A DNA stretch of 63,614 nucleotides, filler included, from Nemertoderma westbladi (Eukaryota > Animalia > Xenacoelomorpha): NCBI GenBank assembly GCA_032718475.1. It is 5 parts of 5 records of this genome, joined end to end, with 100 filler letters (N's around TTAATTAATTAA, not from the genome) between each part and the next. Parts side by side here need not be neighbours in the genome. Positions count along the whole stretch, not along the records: positions 1 to 17,796 come from JAUCBJ010005717.1; positions 17,897 to 34,831 come from JAUCBJ010008105.1; 3 more parts are not named here. One strand, 5' to 3'. Shown piece after piece: positions 13,810 to 27,300 of the stretch. The notes beneath the pieces were generated by a model that saw only the letters and a program-made list of their open reading frames with translations, was not told where the DNA came from and did not search any database. The translations under genes were made by a program, and so were the position numbers. Position 1 is the stretch's first letter; every line of letters begins with the position of its first letter.

Positions 13810-13965
13810 AGCCTACGACGTCTGCGTTAGACAGGATAATCGACGTGTCGGCGACATGGTGGACGGCGTGGTTTCGGGCGTAGCGCGTAACCCGAAGACA
13901 CTTGAGGCTCGCCCGCAGTAACGCAAAGCTCACCTGACGTCGTACCCAGTTGCAGCACATGTTTA
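13810..13965 (-). pseudogene. 3' fragment of a restriction-like-endonuclease non-LTR element (CRE-like)
   Basis: 'NWVRRQVSFALLRASLKCLRVTR' resembles the C-terminal 'W.R..LSFALLR....CLRG.R' motif of CRE-type elements. Confidence 0.55.
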
Positions 13966-14654
13966 AATACGATATGGACATGCAAAACAAATGAAAATAC
14001 TGAACAAATAGATAGATTTATTTATACATTATGTAAAAACAATAACAAATACACCAAACAATGTAGGCCTATAGGTATTGTCCAACATAAAAATCAAGTC
14101 CAACATCTAAACCCTACTACTCCTACAATTTTATTAGCAATTAGTCTGAAACTTTCTGTGGGTGTCTAGTCTACATAGCCACCCTGTATAAAAGTATCAG
14201 ACAACTTTTTGAAATTTTTTCATAATAAAATTTAATACTATTTATAACAAACCTAAAAAATTAGCATAAATTTGCAGCGCCACAATGTATCAAAGTACGC
14301 CACAAAGTACAATGATCCAATTTTCTAAAACCTTTTAAAGAAACTCTCAGAATAATAATAATAATTTATAGGAAATGTTGAAACAAAAATACCTACGTTT
14401 CCCTCTCATGATTCTAATTACACTAATTATTGTAGTACTACAGTTGAAGGCCTACAATATTACTAAATTCATTCACCTGGAATTAATAATAAATTCACAT
14501 TTGCCCATATATTGACTGAGAAGGCTATCAGCTGTATAAAATATTTAACATTTATTCTAAAAAATAACCTAAATTTAACTGGGTAGTAGAAATTTAGGAA
14601 TCGCGTAATTTTTATTGGAATTAATATCTCATATCTCTCCAAACCACGTACGCG

Positions 14655-14725
14655 AGCGTGGTGTCGGATTCGAACCTGGGACCTCGAGGTGGAAGCCGAG
14701 ACAACAACCTCTAGGCCACAGGTTC
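14655..14725 (-). pseudogene. tRNA-derived sequence (Gly-TCC-like loop), likely a SINE head or tRNA pseudogene
   Basis: Minus strand has A box TGGCCTAGAGG, loop CTTCCAC and B box GGTTCGAATCC. The acceptor stem does not pair. Confidence 0.6.
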
Positions 14726-14814
14726 TAGATATATGTAGTATTAATTTCAAAGCCAGCTGCCATTTAGTTTGGCCTTGATTTTTATTATTTGATAGTAACA
14801 GTGACGTGTTGGGA

Positions 14815-14926
14815 AGCTGTGTTTTTCGAGGTGTTTGTTATTACACATTTATTATAGGAAGGGATCTAGGGGTCTTAACCTTCCTATAATAAATGAATAA
14901 TAACAAACACCTCGAAAAACACAGCT
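14815..14926. repeat. Fold-back inverted repeat (~48-bp arms, short spacer), MITE-like
   Basis: AGCTGTGTTTTTCGAGGTGTTTGTTATT..CATTTATTATAGGAAGG pairs with CCTTCCTATAATAAATG..AATAACAAACACCTCGAAAAACACAGCT. Weaker pairing extends ~30 bp further out. Confidence 0.85.
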
Positions 14927-15255
14927 AGCCAACACATTCTTATTACTATAAAATATTTAACACACAGAAATAATATATAGCAACGCTAGTGTACGGGTGG
15001 AAACTCACCAAATTCATCAATTAGTACGAAATAGAATAAAAATAGCAGAACTAGTAAATCAGCCTGGGAAGCTTATATTATGCAGTATACATTTATTATG
15101 TTATATTATTATATTATATATAAAATACCGTATATAATTTACATATATTTAAACATGGTAACCCACGGGTGTAACGCGACCCCGCGCCCGGGAAGTGATG
15201 TGGCACCTATTGTAACAAATTGAACTAACATTGTGTGTGCAATAACAGCAAGGAA

Positions 15256-15590
15256 TTATAGTGATTGTTCATGCAGTAACCTTTTTAAATGGGATTTGAA
15301 AATAGATTTTGTTTTAGAGCAACGCAGATTTTCCTCTAGTGAATTCCACATGCGAGGTCCTTCAACTTTTAATGATTTCTGACCCACAATAAGATTTTTA
15401 CGTGGAATAAAATAATTGTTAGCGGTAGCCGATCGTGTTCCATATGTATGCATGGTGTTTGATTTGATAAAAATACTATGGAAGCAGGGATGACTGCTAT
15501 TATGCGATACGTCGTACATAAAATTTAGAACATGGAATTTATAAAGGCTTTCAACAGGTAAGATACTTAGGCGTCTATACAGGCGTCTAC
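15256..15590 (-). pseudogene. 3' end of a LINE ORF2 (L2/Crack-type C-terminus)
   Basis: 'L.ILP...LY....FMY', 'H.YGTRS', 'GPRMWNSL...LR.......FK..LK'. Confidence 0.75.
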
Positions 15591-16779
15591 CCAACATCAT
15601 CGGGGTTGACTATGAGTTCTCTGATCCCCATAATGGAATTAATGTGTTGAAAAAAATGAATAGCATCAGTGATTTGAGATGCCCAATGGCTTTCAGTGGA
15701 TTCAGGAGGATGTGTGAGGGATATTGGTTAATTATATTAATGCTTTTGACCCCAAGAGTATTCACTTCCATTATTAATGGATGGAATAATGACAAGTTTC
15801 ATGGGTAACAGGCTTTTGCTATGCCAGGGGGCTGTGGGAGTGCTGCACCATCTGACATCACTAAAAACCTCCTAAAATAATAATAATATTTACCAATACT
15901 GTAGCATATTTTAATTATAATATATACCAATAGCTTAATTTAGCTCGAGCTGTCCCCTCATATTTCAAAATAGAAAAGATACAAACATCATGGTTGACAT
16001 TTCGCTTCATAAAGCCTCATTAAGAATAAAGTTAAATTTGTCCTTACTTTTCATCTTTTTAACGGACTTACTTACTTAACGATACTCTGTGTGTGTGTAA
16101 AGAGTCGTGGTGAATTGACAGTTTTCGCTGTAAATAAATTATTTTGGAGTTATTTACCTTTTACTGAAAAGGATAACATATGAACATCAATCAATTCATG
16201 CTTACGAAGTCGATTATTGTTGACAATTATAATTTTCACAAAATCGAGTTCTTGCATGTTGTACTACTCTAAATGCTAACGCTTTTGTCATGCCTGTATA
16301 ATTTTTCTTTTCAAAATTTTACGAATAATAAACACTTCAAATGCCTTTGAGATTTTGATTGAAATTTGATTCCTATGTATGTACATTAATTAATTATTTG
16401 AGTGGGATCGATAATTCTTATTAAAGGACGGTTCGAGGAGTTCTTAACCTTGAATGATACGTTTATTTTACCAAAATACTTTTTATATTGGCGCAATTGC
16501 AGGACTACTAATCATCCCATCATTTAGCAGGGTAGTGTACAAATGTAGGAATCGCTTACTTTTTATAATGAATGTATAATATTAGATATATTTATATAAA
16601 TATAATGAATATCTATATGAATATATATAATGAATGTGACGGTTTTCTGACACGGTTATATTTTCTACTACTTTAAAAGCATTAGTACAATTTTGTAGCC
16701 TATCTGGAATGAAAATAAATATTAAAAAAAAACGATATTTTTTGTACTTAACAGTTCAGATAACGATAAAGTACCTTTA

Positions 16780-17150
16780 GAAATTGGAGACCTAAGCGTA
16801 AGCATATGTCACTGTACAAATTATATTTACCTAGGTGCTGTGTTCACCGAGGACGGAAAAGTTTCTAGTATTGTAGCTTGAAATTGCACCTAGACCTTTG
16901 TGAAAAAACTTGTAACAAATTCTCAATATTCTGTGCATCGAACTCATCCATGCCTTACTGTATTAAACGTCGTGTATTTGAAGCTGGGGTATTTTCGTCA
17001 ATGTTATACGGGTCGGAGGCTTGGCCTACCGATAATATAAAACGCGTAGAACAGTATTCCGGTAGGATGATTAAGTCATTAATGTCAGTAAGAACTCGGA
17101 TACCTGTAGAATTATGCCAGAAAGAATCAGCACAACCCAAATTCATTTAA
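16780..17150 (+). pseudogene. LINE RT thumb / C-terminal fragment
   Basis: 'YIYLGAVFTEDG' followed by 'KRRVFEA.V.SSMLYGSEAW'. Confidence 0.7.
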
Positions 17151-17306
17151 TTAATGAATTTAATTAATAACCAGGCAGCAATACTCGAGTTGACTTATAA
17201 TTTGTGGATAAGACCCCTGTGATCAGATCCACAGATCAGATCACAGATCATGTAATAAAAATATATAACTTTTCAATTTTTGATTTCATAAACTACATGA
17301 GGGGGC

Positions 17307-17363
17307 CTACTGCAGACATGCACTACTGCAGACATGCACTACTGCAGACATGCACTACTGCAG
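17307..17363. repeat. 16-bp tandem repeat (CTACTGCAGACATGCA), ~3.5 copies
   Basis: Seen directly, ~90 bp upstream of the receptor-like ATG. Confidence 0.85.
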
Positions 17364-17453
17364 TTTGAATTTAGAAAGTTGGCGCCAAAAAATACTTAAT
17401 ATTAATATTTTAATTGTAAAATATTTGTATGAATTTCGTTTTATGATATAATA

Positions 17454-17796
17454 ATGGCTACAAACTCCAGTCTAATTGATGACATTTATAAGGTATCAAC
17501 TGAGGATATTATATTTTCGGCCTGCTTTGGTACTCTGTGGTTACTTATGATGTTGCCCTCACTAGTTCTATATTTCGTTATAAATACATTGATAATCAGA
17601 GAGAAACGCTTCCACAATGTCTGCTACATGATGATGTTCCAACTGACATGTTGTGAGGGTTTCAATATATTCGTATACCTATTTATGGGTCTCCCCCTAG
17701 CTGTTGTATACACAGTAACTGGATATCTGTACCTGTCCGTTGAGACTGTACGGATTGTTTCTATGGTAAAGATCTGGGCTTTCTACATGACATTCT
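17454..17796 (+). CDS. N-terminal part of a 7TM receptor-like protein (serpentine/chemoreceptor-like), cut by gap
   Basis: ATG, N-glycosylation sequon NSS, hydrophobic TM1, basic loop 'REKRFH', then 'NVCYMMMFQL..CE' resembling TM2 of Srt/Srx-like receptors. No stops up to the gap. Confidence 0.5.
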
Positions 17797-17896
17797 NNNN
17801 NNNNNNNNNNNNNNNNNNNNNNNNNNNNNNNNNNNNNNNNTTAATTAATTAANNNNNNNNNNNNNNNNNNNNNNNNNNNNNNNNNNNNNNNNNNNN
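17797..17896. other. Artificial contig linker
   Basis: N44-TTAATTAATTAA-N44, which stops all six frames. Confidence 0.97.
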
Positions 17897-19823
17897 AATT
17901 TGCTTTTCTATTCGCTCCATAGAGCTGAAGAATCCCTGTGCGTATCCGGATGCGGACCTCTTCCACACAGCTGGATCGATGGTTTCCTTGGCTACTCCCA
18001 TCCGGTGTATGTCTTCCCAGGCAGCTTCTGATAAATCAAACGGGAGTCCGGGTCCGGGGAAGTTCCATTGCGACTCGACAATAGACTTCAGTTCTTCACT
18101 AGTGTCGCTTGCGTCCTTCTGGGCTCCTCTCTGATGACTCCGAGGCGCACCCATGAGGCGGACGCTGTCCCACCACCCTTGGGGCCAGTCCGACTGATGT
18201 TTTTATCAGACCGGGCCGGAGGGTAGCCCGATGCTTCCCGGGTTCACTTTTCAATCCCCCGATCACACCGGCACAACTCGTCAGTGTAGCCAGATGGTCG
18301 GCTACTGTCAACTTGCTGTGGCCTGACTGTACATTGAGCCAACTCAGAGAGTCAACCGGCGGGTGGACCAGTCGATAGCGATCGAGCATCAAGGTCGCCC
18401 TTGAGCCAAACCGACGGTCTTGTCCCAAGCGGGCTTGCGCTACCCACATTGGAATATTGACCGTTTTCACCCGCCTCGCCGGCAGTATTGAGGGGAAGTC
18501 GGTTCCACAAACAATACTGACTAGCTCGAAAGCTAGGAACAAGTAACCACTTACCCGTCCTGTACACGTGTACTCAACAGATATTCACGAAATCAAGTAC
18601 ACTACGGTAAACACAAAATCTGACGCATACCACGCACACACAGAGGACATAATCGGGGAAGACAAAATCGGTGACAAAATCAGAGGGGACAAAATTGTAT
18701 CGACTAATAAAAGTCGAGAGTACTTTATTTTACCGACAGGGTAAAATAACTTTGTGTGCACAAAGTATGCTGGGGCGCAGTAAAATATGGTCCTACTAAT
18801 AACCAGAGGCGACTGAACCAACCGGTAAGGGTTCCCATACTCACTCACAGTGGCCATACATACACTCACGTATACCACGTACACACACAAACCACAGATT
18901 CCAGAGTATCATTCACTCGGACCACACTACAACACCAACCCCTCCTTGCAGCCGATATTCCGGGTGCCACCTCCATTCCAATAGTAGTACCAACAGAATC
19001 ATCAGAACCTGTCCATTCCGATGCAACACCTCCATTCCAATAGTGCTACCCTGGGAAAAAACAAGTTTTGGCAACCGATCGGAGACAGTACAGAGTCTGG
19101 TCAACTCATACATACCAAACATAGACCTACCACATAAACCACATAAACCACAGATCACACTAAGCCACCACCCCTACTGTGTACAGGACTGGCAGTACGG
19201 CAACAGGCCGACTAGACGGTACCACGGCACCATGTTGATTCATGGTTCGTAAGACACGAGGGCCTTCAGTAACTCCCTTGCACTATAGCTACAATTTAAC
19301 GTGCCCCCAGACCCTCACGAGCCCGCCGCCGCCTGTTCGGGACACCCCTATAGAGACCTCACCTCCTTAGGCATCCCGCGTAGCTATCTCTAGTTGACCG
19401 TTGACTTCTCGCCCAATCGATCTGGTGTTCTTCCACCGCGATCAATAACCCAGCGAGCACGGCTGCAGGAAGGATGAGAAGGGGATCCGTATAAACCGCA
19501 TCCGTCATCTCTGCTCCGCTCTCGGGTGTCAGCTCTACAGTATCCTCACTACTGGAGCTGCTGGGCCGCTGAGGAATGAGTTCTTGACTAGCGGGTTGTT
19601 GCTGTTCCGCCGCTTGTTGGTCCCGCTTGACCTGAGCTCGGGTGCCTATGATAGACCTACGATGTTGGACCAGCCTAGGTTCTGTTATTACTACTGGAGG
19701 GATGACCTTCCTCACAGTGGGAGGTGAACTGGATTTACGACCAGACAGTTGTACGTCTCTATCTGAGTCGCAGATAGTTACATCTAATAAACTGTCTGAC
19801 AGGTTCTGCTTAGTATCAGACAT
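17897..19823 (-). other. Unidentified GC-richer coding-like region, possibly a spliced ORF of a retroelement
   Basis: 154-aa ORF from ATG 19823 ends at a donor-like GAG|GTGAGG (~19361). A second donor-like GG|GTAAGT at ~18554. Further ORFs run to the gap. No domain recognised. Confidence 0.3.
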
Positions 19824-21202
19824 GACTAGGTATGTACAGTTGAATGCCTACTGCTATATTACAGTCTAAGCAAGTCTAGTAACTCAGTATGAACTGCTAG
19901 CCTAGTAATTAATTACCGTTACTGCTACTCAGTGTAGCGTGATATATATAGAATATATTAGAATACCGGTATACTTATAGTATATATAACTATATAAGTA
20001 TTATTACAGACTAGGTTTATCACAGAATACCGGTATAATTTTAGCACAAATATATATAAATATATAATAGGCCTATCGGAATACCGGTATACAGCTTACA
20101 ATTTATAGTATATATAATTCTGGACTAGAATTAATTACAAGTACCGGTATAATTTCAGCCTAATATTTATAGAAATAAAGATAATAGGCCTATCGTAAAT
20201 ACCGGTATATCAATTATTATAAATAATTGAATTTCTGTATTTTAGGGTTACTTGGTTACTTACTTACTTTATTACCGTTATTTGAGCAGTAGTCCAACTG
20301 ATATTGAGACCTAATTGTTATCTGGTAGGCCTACTATTTATAAATCGTTAGATTTGATTTATAATATATATATACCCGTTTTAATGGGTTTTGTCAATGT
20401 TTGAAATAAATGTTATTATTTCTGGGGGTAATCACTACACAAAGCGGTGCGCTTTCAATGAAGTGTTACTTATGAGACACTAAAACAAATAATACTAATT
20501 TACCTAAGTTACTTAATACTACAAATTACGTACAATTCGGGTGAGATTACAATCTCTAAATAAATGCAAAAATTTACAAAAAACACAAAATACGAATTTT
20601 TAGGGTAATTTTACAAGAAGTCTACAAACCAGCCTAACAAAGGGTTAGATAACCGGTTATTACAACGGACAGAGTACTACGGTATTTGAAATAATAAGTA
20701 GTAGTAAATACACTGCGTTGTCTAGATAGGAAAATACCACCGCCTGACGACCTATAGCCGTATCGTTATAGGTTCTACGTTATGTATCACGGAGTGTTCC
20801 TACCTAGAAGTTAATAGAGCTAATCGAATGTGCCTATCAACCACTTTACAACACAAATATAATGCCTACACTAATTATTCTCGGAAAGCACTGTACACTA
20901 AACCCTAAATTAGGTACGAGTACTTGTACAACAGATAATCAGTAATTAAATATACTTGAACAGCTAAAAGAACCACGGCATCTGCTGGAGTGACCGATGC
21001 ACAAAATCACCAGTCTTTACCTACGCCAAGCAGCCCGTGTAGTACCGAGGTTAATTTAACTATAGCGGTATGTATAACAAACACAATTACTGTAGGAACA
21101 AACTTGGGGACTTGAATGTTGCGAATAATCGCATAAACTCTGAATAATAAATATTACGCTACGCGTACAAACTACTCAAACAAAATACAGACAGAACACT
21201 GA

Positions 21203-21711
21203 CAGACTACTATCAAGCCTAAACAAACTACGGTATATGCAGACTCCGAAATGATTAGGGAGTATGCGCTCTAACCCAGTAGTGCGACTTATTCTTTAGT
21301 TGGGGTTTACCTTACAGCGTTCGCTGCCCTTACTGCCTAATCGTACTTAATCGGACAGATGATCTACACACGCGGCAATCCGTTCAGACTTAATAACAGC
21401 CAGACAACTATCCAGCCTACAAATTATTTAAATAAAATTATACGCTACCCGTACAGACTTACACAAACAAAGTACAGACTAAACGATGGCAGACTACTCT
21501 CAAGCCTAAATAAACCACAGGACATGCAGACTCCGAAATGATTAGGGAGTATGCGCTCTAACCCAGTAGTGCGACTTATTCTTTAGTTGGGGGTTTACCT
21601 TACCGCATTGGCTGCCCCTACTTCCTAACCGTACTTAATCGGACAAGTGCTCTACACACACTGCAATTCGTTCGGACTTAACAGCAATCAGACAACAGCT
21701 CAGCCTACAAA
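21203..21711. repeat. ~220-bp direct repeat, 2 copies (~21203-21424 and ~21490-21711)
   Basis: Identical core ATGCAGACTCCGAAATGATTAGGGAGTATGCGCTCTAACCCAGTAGTGCGACTT with diverged flanks. Confidence 0.9.
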
Positions 21712-22544
21712 TCGTCTGTACAATCTGATCAGGCTTACACGCCTTCTGTTCAATACTGGCCTACAAATAAATAAAACTTGACAGAAATAAGTAAAATCTC
21801 AATAAAAAATCAGGGCGGCCGTTCCCTGATTAAGTACTAAGACCTACCGGTATACAACTATCAAAATCGAATAATACTGCTGTACCTGTACTGCTGTAGG
21901 TACCGGTCCGGATGATCAGGCAGTCAGGCCTACTGGTTACCGGTCGACCGGTACTTTCGACTTTATTGCTTACTGCAATAAAGAAGCTATATCCTTTAAT
22001 GTTCGCGCTTTTAGACCTTTGGCAGTTTAACCCACCAAATTAAGATGTCTTCTAGATATTAAATCAGTTTTTAGTCTATGACAAGTATTAGATTCACTAC
22101 ACTAGTCGAAACCAATCCGTGCGCGACCATTCACCCGCTGGATATTCCCGGGAGATTGGGTTCGACGGTTTAATTTTATTGCTATGTAAGCCTAATGTAT
22201 TATTCGACTGACAGTATTATATAATCTCTGACAATATTATTCACCTTCGGTAATATTAACAGTTCCTTTAGGACGTGGCGCTTTATCTATATAAACAGAG
22301 TTATGACTTAAACTACTCACAACGATATGGCTTAATTATAATTCACATATATGGCGCATTCTTTAGGAATTGCTTCTTTAACAGACTCACTCATACACTA
22401 TGCTGCACAATACTGCACACTAATCTGCCAATCTTCACTGATTTTAGTCACATATAAAAGGAACACAGACTGAATCATGTAGGGTCTATCAAATAACATT
22501 AGATTCACTTCAAACCACTTTAACATAAGTCACAATCGTTTATC

Positions 22545-23172
22545 TGTAACCCTTCTCTCTTACCTTCGGTATATCAAGAATATTGGGTTTCGGGGTTGTT
22601 TATCGTTATTCCAAATATAATAATTCATCAACCATATTATGAAGAACTGACAGTAAATAGCAGTATAAAACAACAACTGAACACTGATTGTTACGAGTTT
22701 GCAATGTTTCAGCAGTCAGGATGTATCATCAGTCAGCAGTGATTCCATGAGTCAGGTAGTCGTTAGGTATGTTAAAGGATATATGCCCTTTATAATTAAA
22801 CCTACTAGTGTAAGACTAAAAACAGTAAGGCACAAAATACTTCCAAGCCGTTCTTTCTTAGGCTCTGGACTGAATGTAAACACTGCACATAGGCATTGCG
22901 TCATTTCTCGGAAATTTTCTGTACAAGGAGCCACAAAAACGCTCTAATTGGCTGACTGAACTGAGAGACGCCGTAGAACAAAGGAAATCAACACGTATGA
23001 ATGTCAGCTGTTAACCGTAGTCATAGTAACTACTGTTCAAGAGTAGCTATCACCCCTTTGCGTCACGAATTGCCATAGAATCATAAAATATGCCTTTCAC
23101 AGTACACATACGGAGGAAATAGGTCTTAGATCCTCTAAAAACACCGATACAGCAATAATACGGTCTCTTACA
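22545..23172 (-). mobile_element. Possible LTR (TGTAA...TTACA)
   Basis: Minus strand starts TGTAAGAG and ends GGGTTACA, with CCAAT and TATAAA inside. No TSD and no clear PBS, and no second copy in the window. Confidence 0.3.
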
Positions 23173-24370
23173 CTTATTAAATCAACTACAGAGTATTTTA
23201 ATGTAAAAGATAATAAAAATAACGGGGCAATTCAGCAAAGGCTTTTACACAGCAGTCAGTCAGACAGTGACTTTTGCATACTGCCACAATTGTTTGGCAA
23301 AAATGTGTCGTTTTTGTGCAAGCATTATTTCAAGGGATTGTATAATGTATAGAATTATGCCCTCTAGCGTCTGTTTTGGTATAGAGCTATAATGACGAAA
23401 TTAGCCAGCTGTTTCTTTGCCCCATATGCTCTGTGTTATTTTCTGGCCAATCAGCGCGATTTTCATTTTACCTGCCTTTGTTTACATATGAATATGCCGC
23501 AGTGTGACAAATCTTTCATCCTGACTTCTGCCCAGAACCATCAGTGGCCAGAGAGAATCATAGAACGCAAATCTATTAACATATCATACTATCTTTCGAT
23601 ACTCTCATTACAATCAACACTCTAATAACTTTGCTTGCTGATATCTGACTGCTGATACTGCGGGCACCGTATCCCTTATACTGTTATTCATTACTGTGGT
23701 TTGTAACCTATTTATTTGATGCTTATATTTCGAGAATACTTATGAATAATCGATAATTCCCCTGACTTTCTTAAGCAGAAGGGAACATTAGTAGCAATTG
23801 CTTGGCTCAAATTACAGTGGTCTGTATGAATTTATGCTATTTCATAACCCCCAACGTATGTGAGCTAAATTTCTCCTTATATGTGAGTAAAATTGGTGAC
23901 AGTCGGCAAATTAGCGTATTTCAGTACTATTGTCAGTAATGGGAGTGTGAACGATTAATAATACATTCCTGAAGAATGTAAACATTTGCGTTATCTCATG
24001 ACCATCCGTTGTATTTAGATTTGAACTGTTGGTATTGCCCTGAAAATAAACATAGTTTTTAGAGATTATATAGTTGGTATAGTATCAACTAACTCTGTAC
24101 TTATATAATGTACTTGTATAATGTATTAATTACATAATAACCGCAATAATCCCCATCCTTCATTAGTCTCACTATCATTGGGATATTGCCAACTCTTCCT
24201 AACGATTCGTTTTATTTATTGTTGTAGAGGTCAAACAGTAATTATTATATTATGAGTTATCTGGTGGTGGTATCACGTTTAACATCGTATAATATATTTG
24301 TCATTTGTTGAGATAAAAATAATGTTTAAGATTAAAACAATAAACTACATATTATAACCAAACTATACTA

Positions 24371-24380
24371 TGGCGCAGTG
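24371..24380 (+). other. Putative primer-binding site (TGGCGCAGT, tRNA-Ser-like)
   Basis: TGG-starting motif ~95 bp before the gag ATG. It resembles the tRNA-Ser PBS of Drosophila 297/17.6 elements. Confidence 0.5.
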
Positions 24381-27300
24381 TGTAGTAACTAAATTTAGAA
24401 TTTAGAAACTATTGCTATTAGATTATTCAGTGTTTTAAATTATATTAATATTAAAAATATTAAATATGGCCACGTATGACGTTGACGCCACAATCAAAAG
24501 ATTGAAGGCCAGTAGAAGAGGATTTAAAGCCAATTGCACACGTTCGGAAAACGTGCTCAATTCAGAAATCAATGAATTCGAGATTCCTGACTCAGATAAC
24601 CGCGGCTATGTTGAGCTAGAAGCACTGGAGACTGCACTAAATATGTTTCTGAGCACTAATGAGAAATATGTATCGTGCCACAATGAAATATCGGAGCTCG
24701 AGGACTCCGAAGATGTAGCCACCGAGCAGGCAGTTACTAATGCTCAGAGATCAGCCATCTAGTATGCCAAAAATATTGCAAAAAAGCGGGAAGCAATACA
24801 GGGCCATAGAATGTGTATAGAGACATCCGATATCTCTGCAGCAACACATGATAAGGCAAAGCCACGCCGCATGGAGACACCAACATTTAGATCACCTATA
24901 GACCTCAAGCTAGCTGATTTTGATGATTGGCACCAACGTTGGAAGGATTTCGCAGCAGCTACAAGGCTAAATGATTCAGATCTTGATGCTCGAATGGAAA
25001 CACTGCGATCTGCGCTAGATCCCGAATGGACCAAGCTGTGGACCGAGGGCATCATAGACATAAAACCAGATGATGATGTAAATACAATCGTCAAATTACT
25101 CAGGGTATATTTACGAGGTGAACGCCATGAACTGTTAGACTGTGTTGCCTTTGTACAATGGAAACAACAGCCAGGAGGAAACGTTACACAATACTATATG
25201 ACACTTCAAATGCTAGACCGTGCTTGCGATTTTGAAGAAGTATGCGACAATGCCGACATACATAGGCATGATCGAATATTGACACAATTCGTAGCTGGGT
25301 TACGAGACTCAAAGTCCCGTCAGGAAGTTCTTAAAACACCCATGAAAATGCTAAAAATGCCAGATGTGCTTACATTAACTAAAGCCCAAGAGTCAAGCCA
25401 GATAGTTGACAACGAATTGGAAAATCCAAAAACTTCAACAATGATGCACTGGGATCTGACCACAATATTGAAATATGCGCTCTTGGGAAATCATCTTATA
25501 AGACACAGACATGTCAGCAACACAGGAGGAGCGATGTCGTTGATGGCAACTACACCAGCACGTGTGGAAGATGCGGTTGCATTCACGAGATAGACAAATG
25601 CACAGCTAAACATATCGTATGTTTTAATTGTGGTATCAAAGGTCATCTGTCTAAGATGTGCCACTCTAAAAGGAGGTCCGCACAAAGCAGCAATCAATTT
25701 AATAGGATTTATGTAAAGACAACTTCATCCATATCTTCTGTGCACAATGGTGACTCATGGCTGATAAAACTTGAAACAAGCAATAGAAATAAGAAAAGCA
25801 CTGGTTAGCTGATACTGGAGTTAAGTGAAACGCTATTGGTTTGCAAGATCTAGCCGACTTAGGTGGTAATGAAGCTGTTGGTGGCATACAGATGAAACCC
25901 GACGACGACATCCTTCTCGGGCCCGACGGCCATCAGCTTGAGTCATATGGAAAAGTGCAGCTCATACTTAAACTGAATGATAAGGAATACAACACAACTG
26001 TCCACATCTTAGAATCTACTAATTACCCATTGTTAAGCGCTGAAGGTTGCGAGGAACTTGGCCTCATCCCAAAATATTGGCCACATAATAGATGCGATGG
26101 ACGTTGCAAGGAAGTGATATCGGCATTGTCATTACAAAGACAACCACCCAAACCATTAACTTGTATCGAGAATGAAACAGATAAACACGCCAAGCAACTA
26201 TGTAAGGACAAACCTAATTGTTCTAAGGAGAGACTTATTAATGAATTCCCAGAAGTATGCGCAGATGAAGGTCCACTACGACCAATGGTAGGACCACCCA
26301 TGGACATCAAGCTAGAAGTGGGCGCAATCCCAACTAAGAAGTTCAAGCCATATAGTATCCCCATACATTGGGAAAAGCAGGTAAAGAATAAACTAGAAAA
26401 GATGGAGCTGGATGGTATAGTTAGAAAAGTACCCATAACTGAAACTACTGACTGGATACATCCAATGGTTGTGGTGGCAAAAAAGAATACCACTGAGTCC
26501 AGAATAACAGTCGACCTAACTGCTCTAAATAGATATGTAAAACGCCCAGTACACCAACCAGAACTCCGAGCGAAGAGGTAGCCAAGATACCTGGTGGGAT
26601 GAAATATTTTACAACAATGGACTCCCGCCACGGGTAATGGCAAGTTGCCCCAATGAAAGAAGCCAGCGCCTTGACAACCTTCCTCACCCCATGGGGAAGA
26701 TACCAATATCTACGGAACCCAATGGGCCTATCAAGCGCAGGGGACGAACATGATTCTAGAGGTGATGATGCCTTAGATGGTATGGATAACATTAAAAAGG
26801 TCATGGAAGATATTATCATATATGACTCAAATGAATCAGATCATGAACAGCACGTCCGTTCTATATTGAAACGCCTTAAGGAAACAGGAATTACCCTTAA
26901 CAAATGGAAATTTGTATACGGATAACCACAGGTCGAATGGTGTGGTTTCCTAATCAATGGACACGGGTACACAGTAAACCCATCACTTACATATGCGCTC
27001 CGAAGATTCCCAAAACCACAGTCATCAACAGATGTAAGGTCATTCTGCGGTCTAATACAGCAGTTTGCTTCATTTACCACTGAATTAGCCGAATTAGCAC
27101 AGCCACTAACAGCATTGACATCTACTAAAACACCATTCGTGTGGGAAGCAGATCAAAAAAACGCATTCAAATCTATAATTGACATTCTCGTATCACCAAG
27201 GGTTCTTACTAATTATCGCCCAGGAGCATCATTGCGTATAGAAACTGGTGCCGCCCAAACTAAAGCATTAGGATTCGCTTTGTGGCAAGAAGAGGGGAGC

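Noticed and set aside
14655-14725. Functional tRNA-Gly gene
   Set aside because: Acceptor stem is unpaired and the anticodon stem is bulged. Kept only as tRNA-derived.
26800-26820. Gypsy RT motif VMED instead of YxDD as a novel catalytic variant
   Set aside because: The copy is full of stops and frameshifts, so decay cannot be excluded without other copies.
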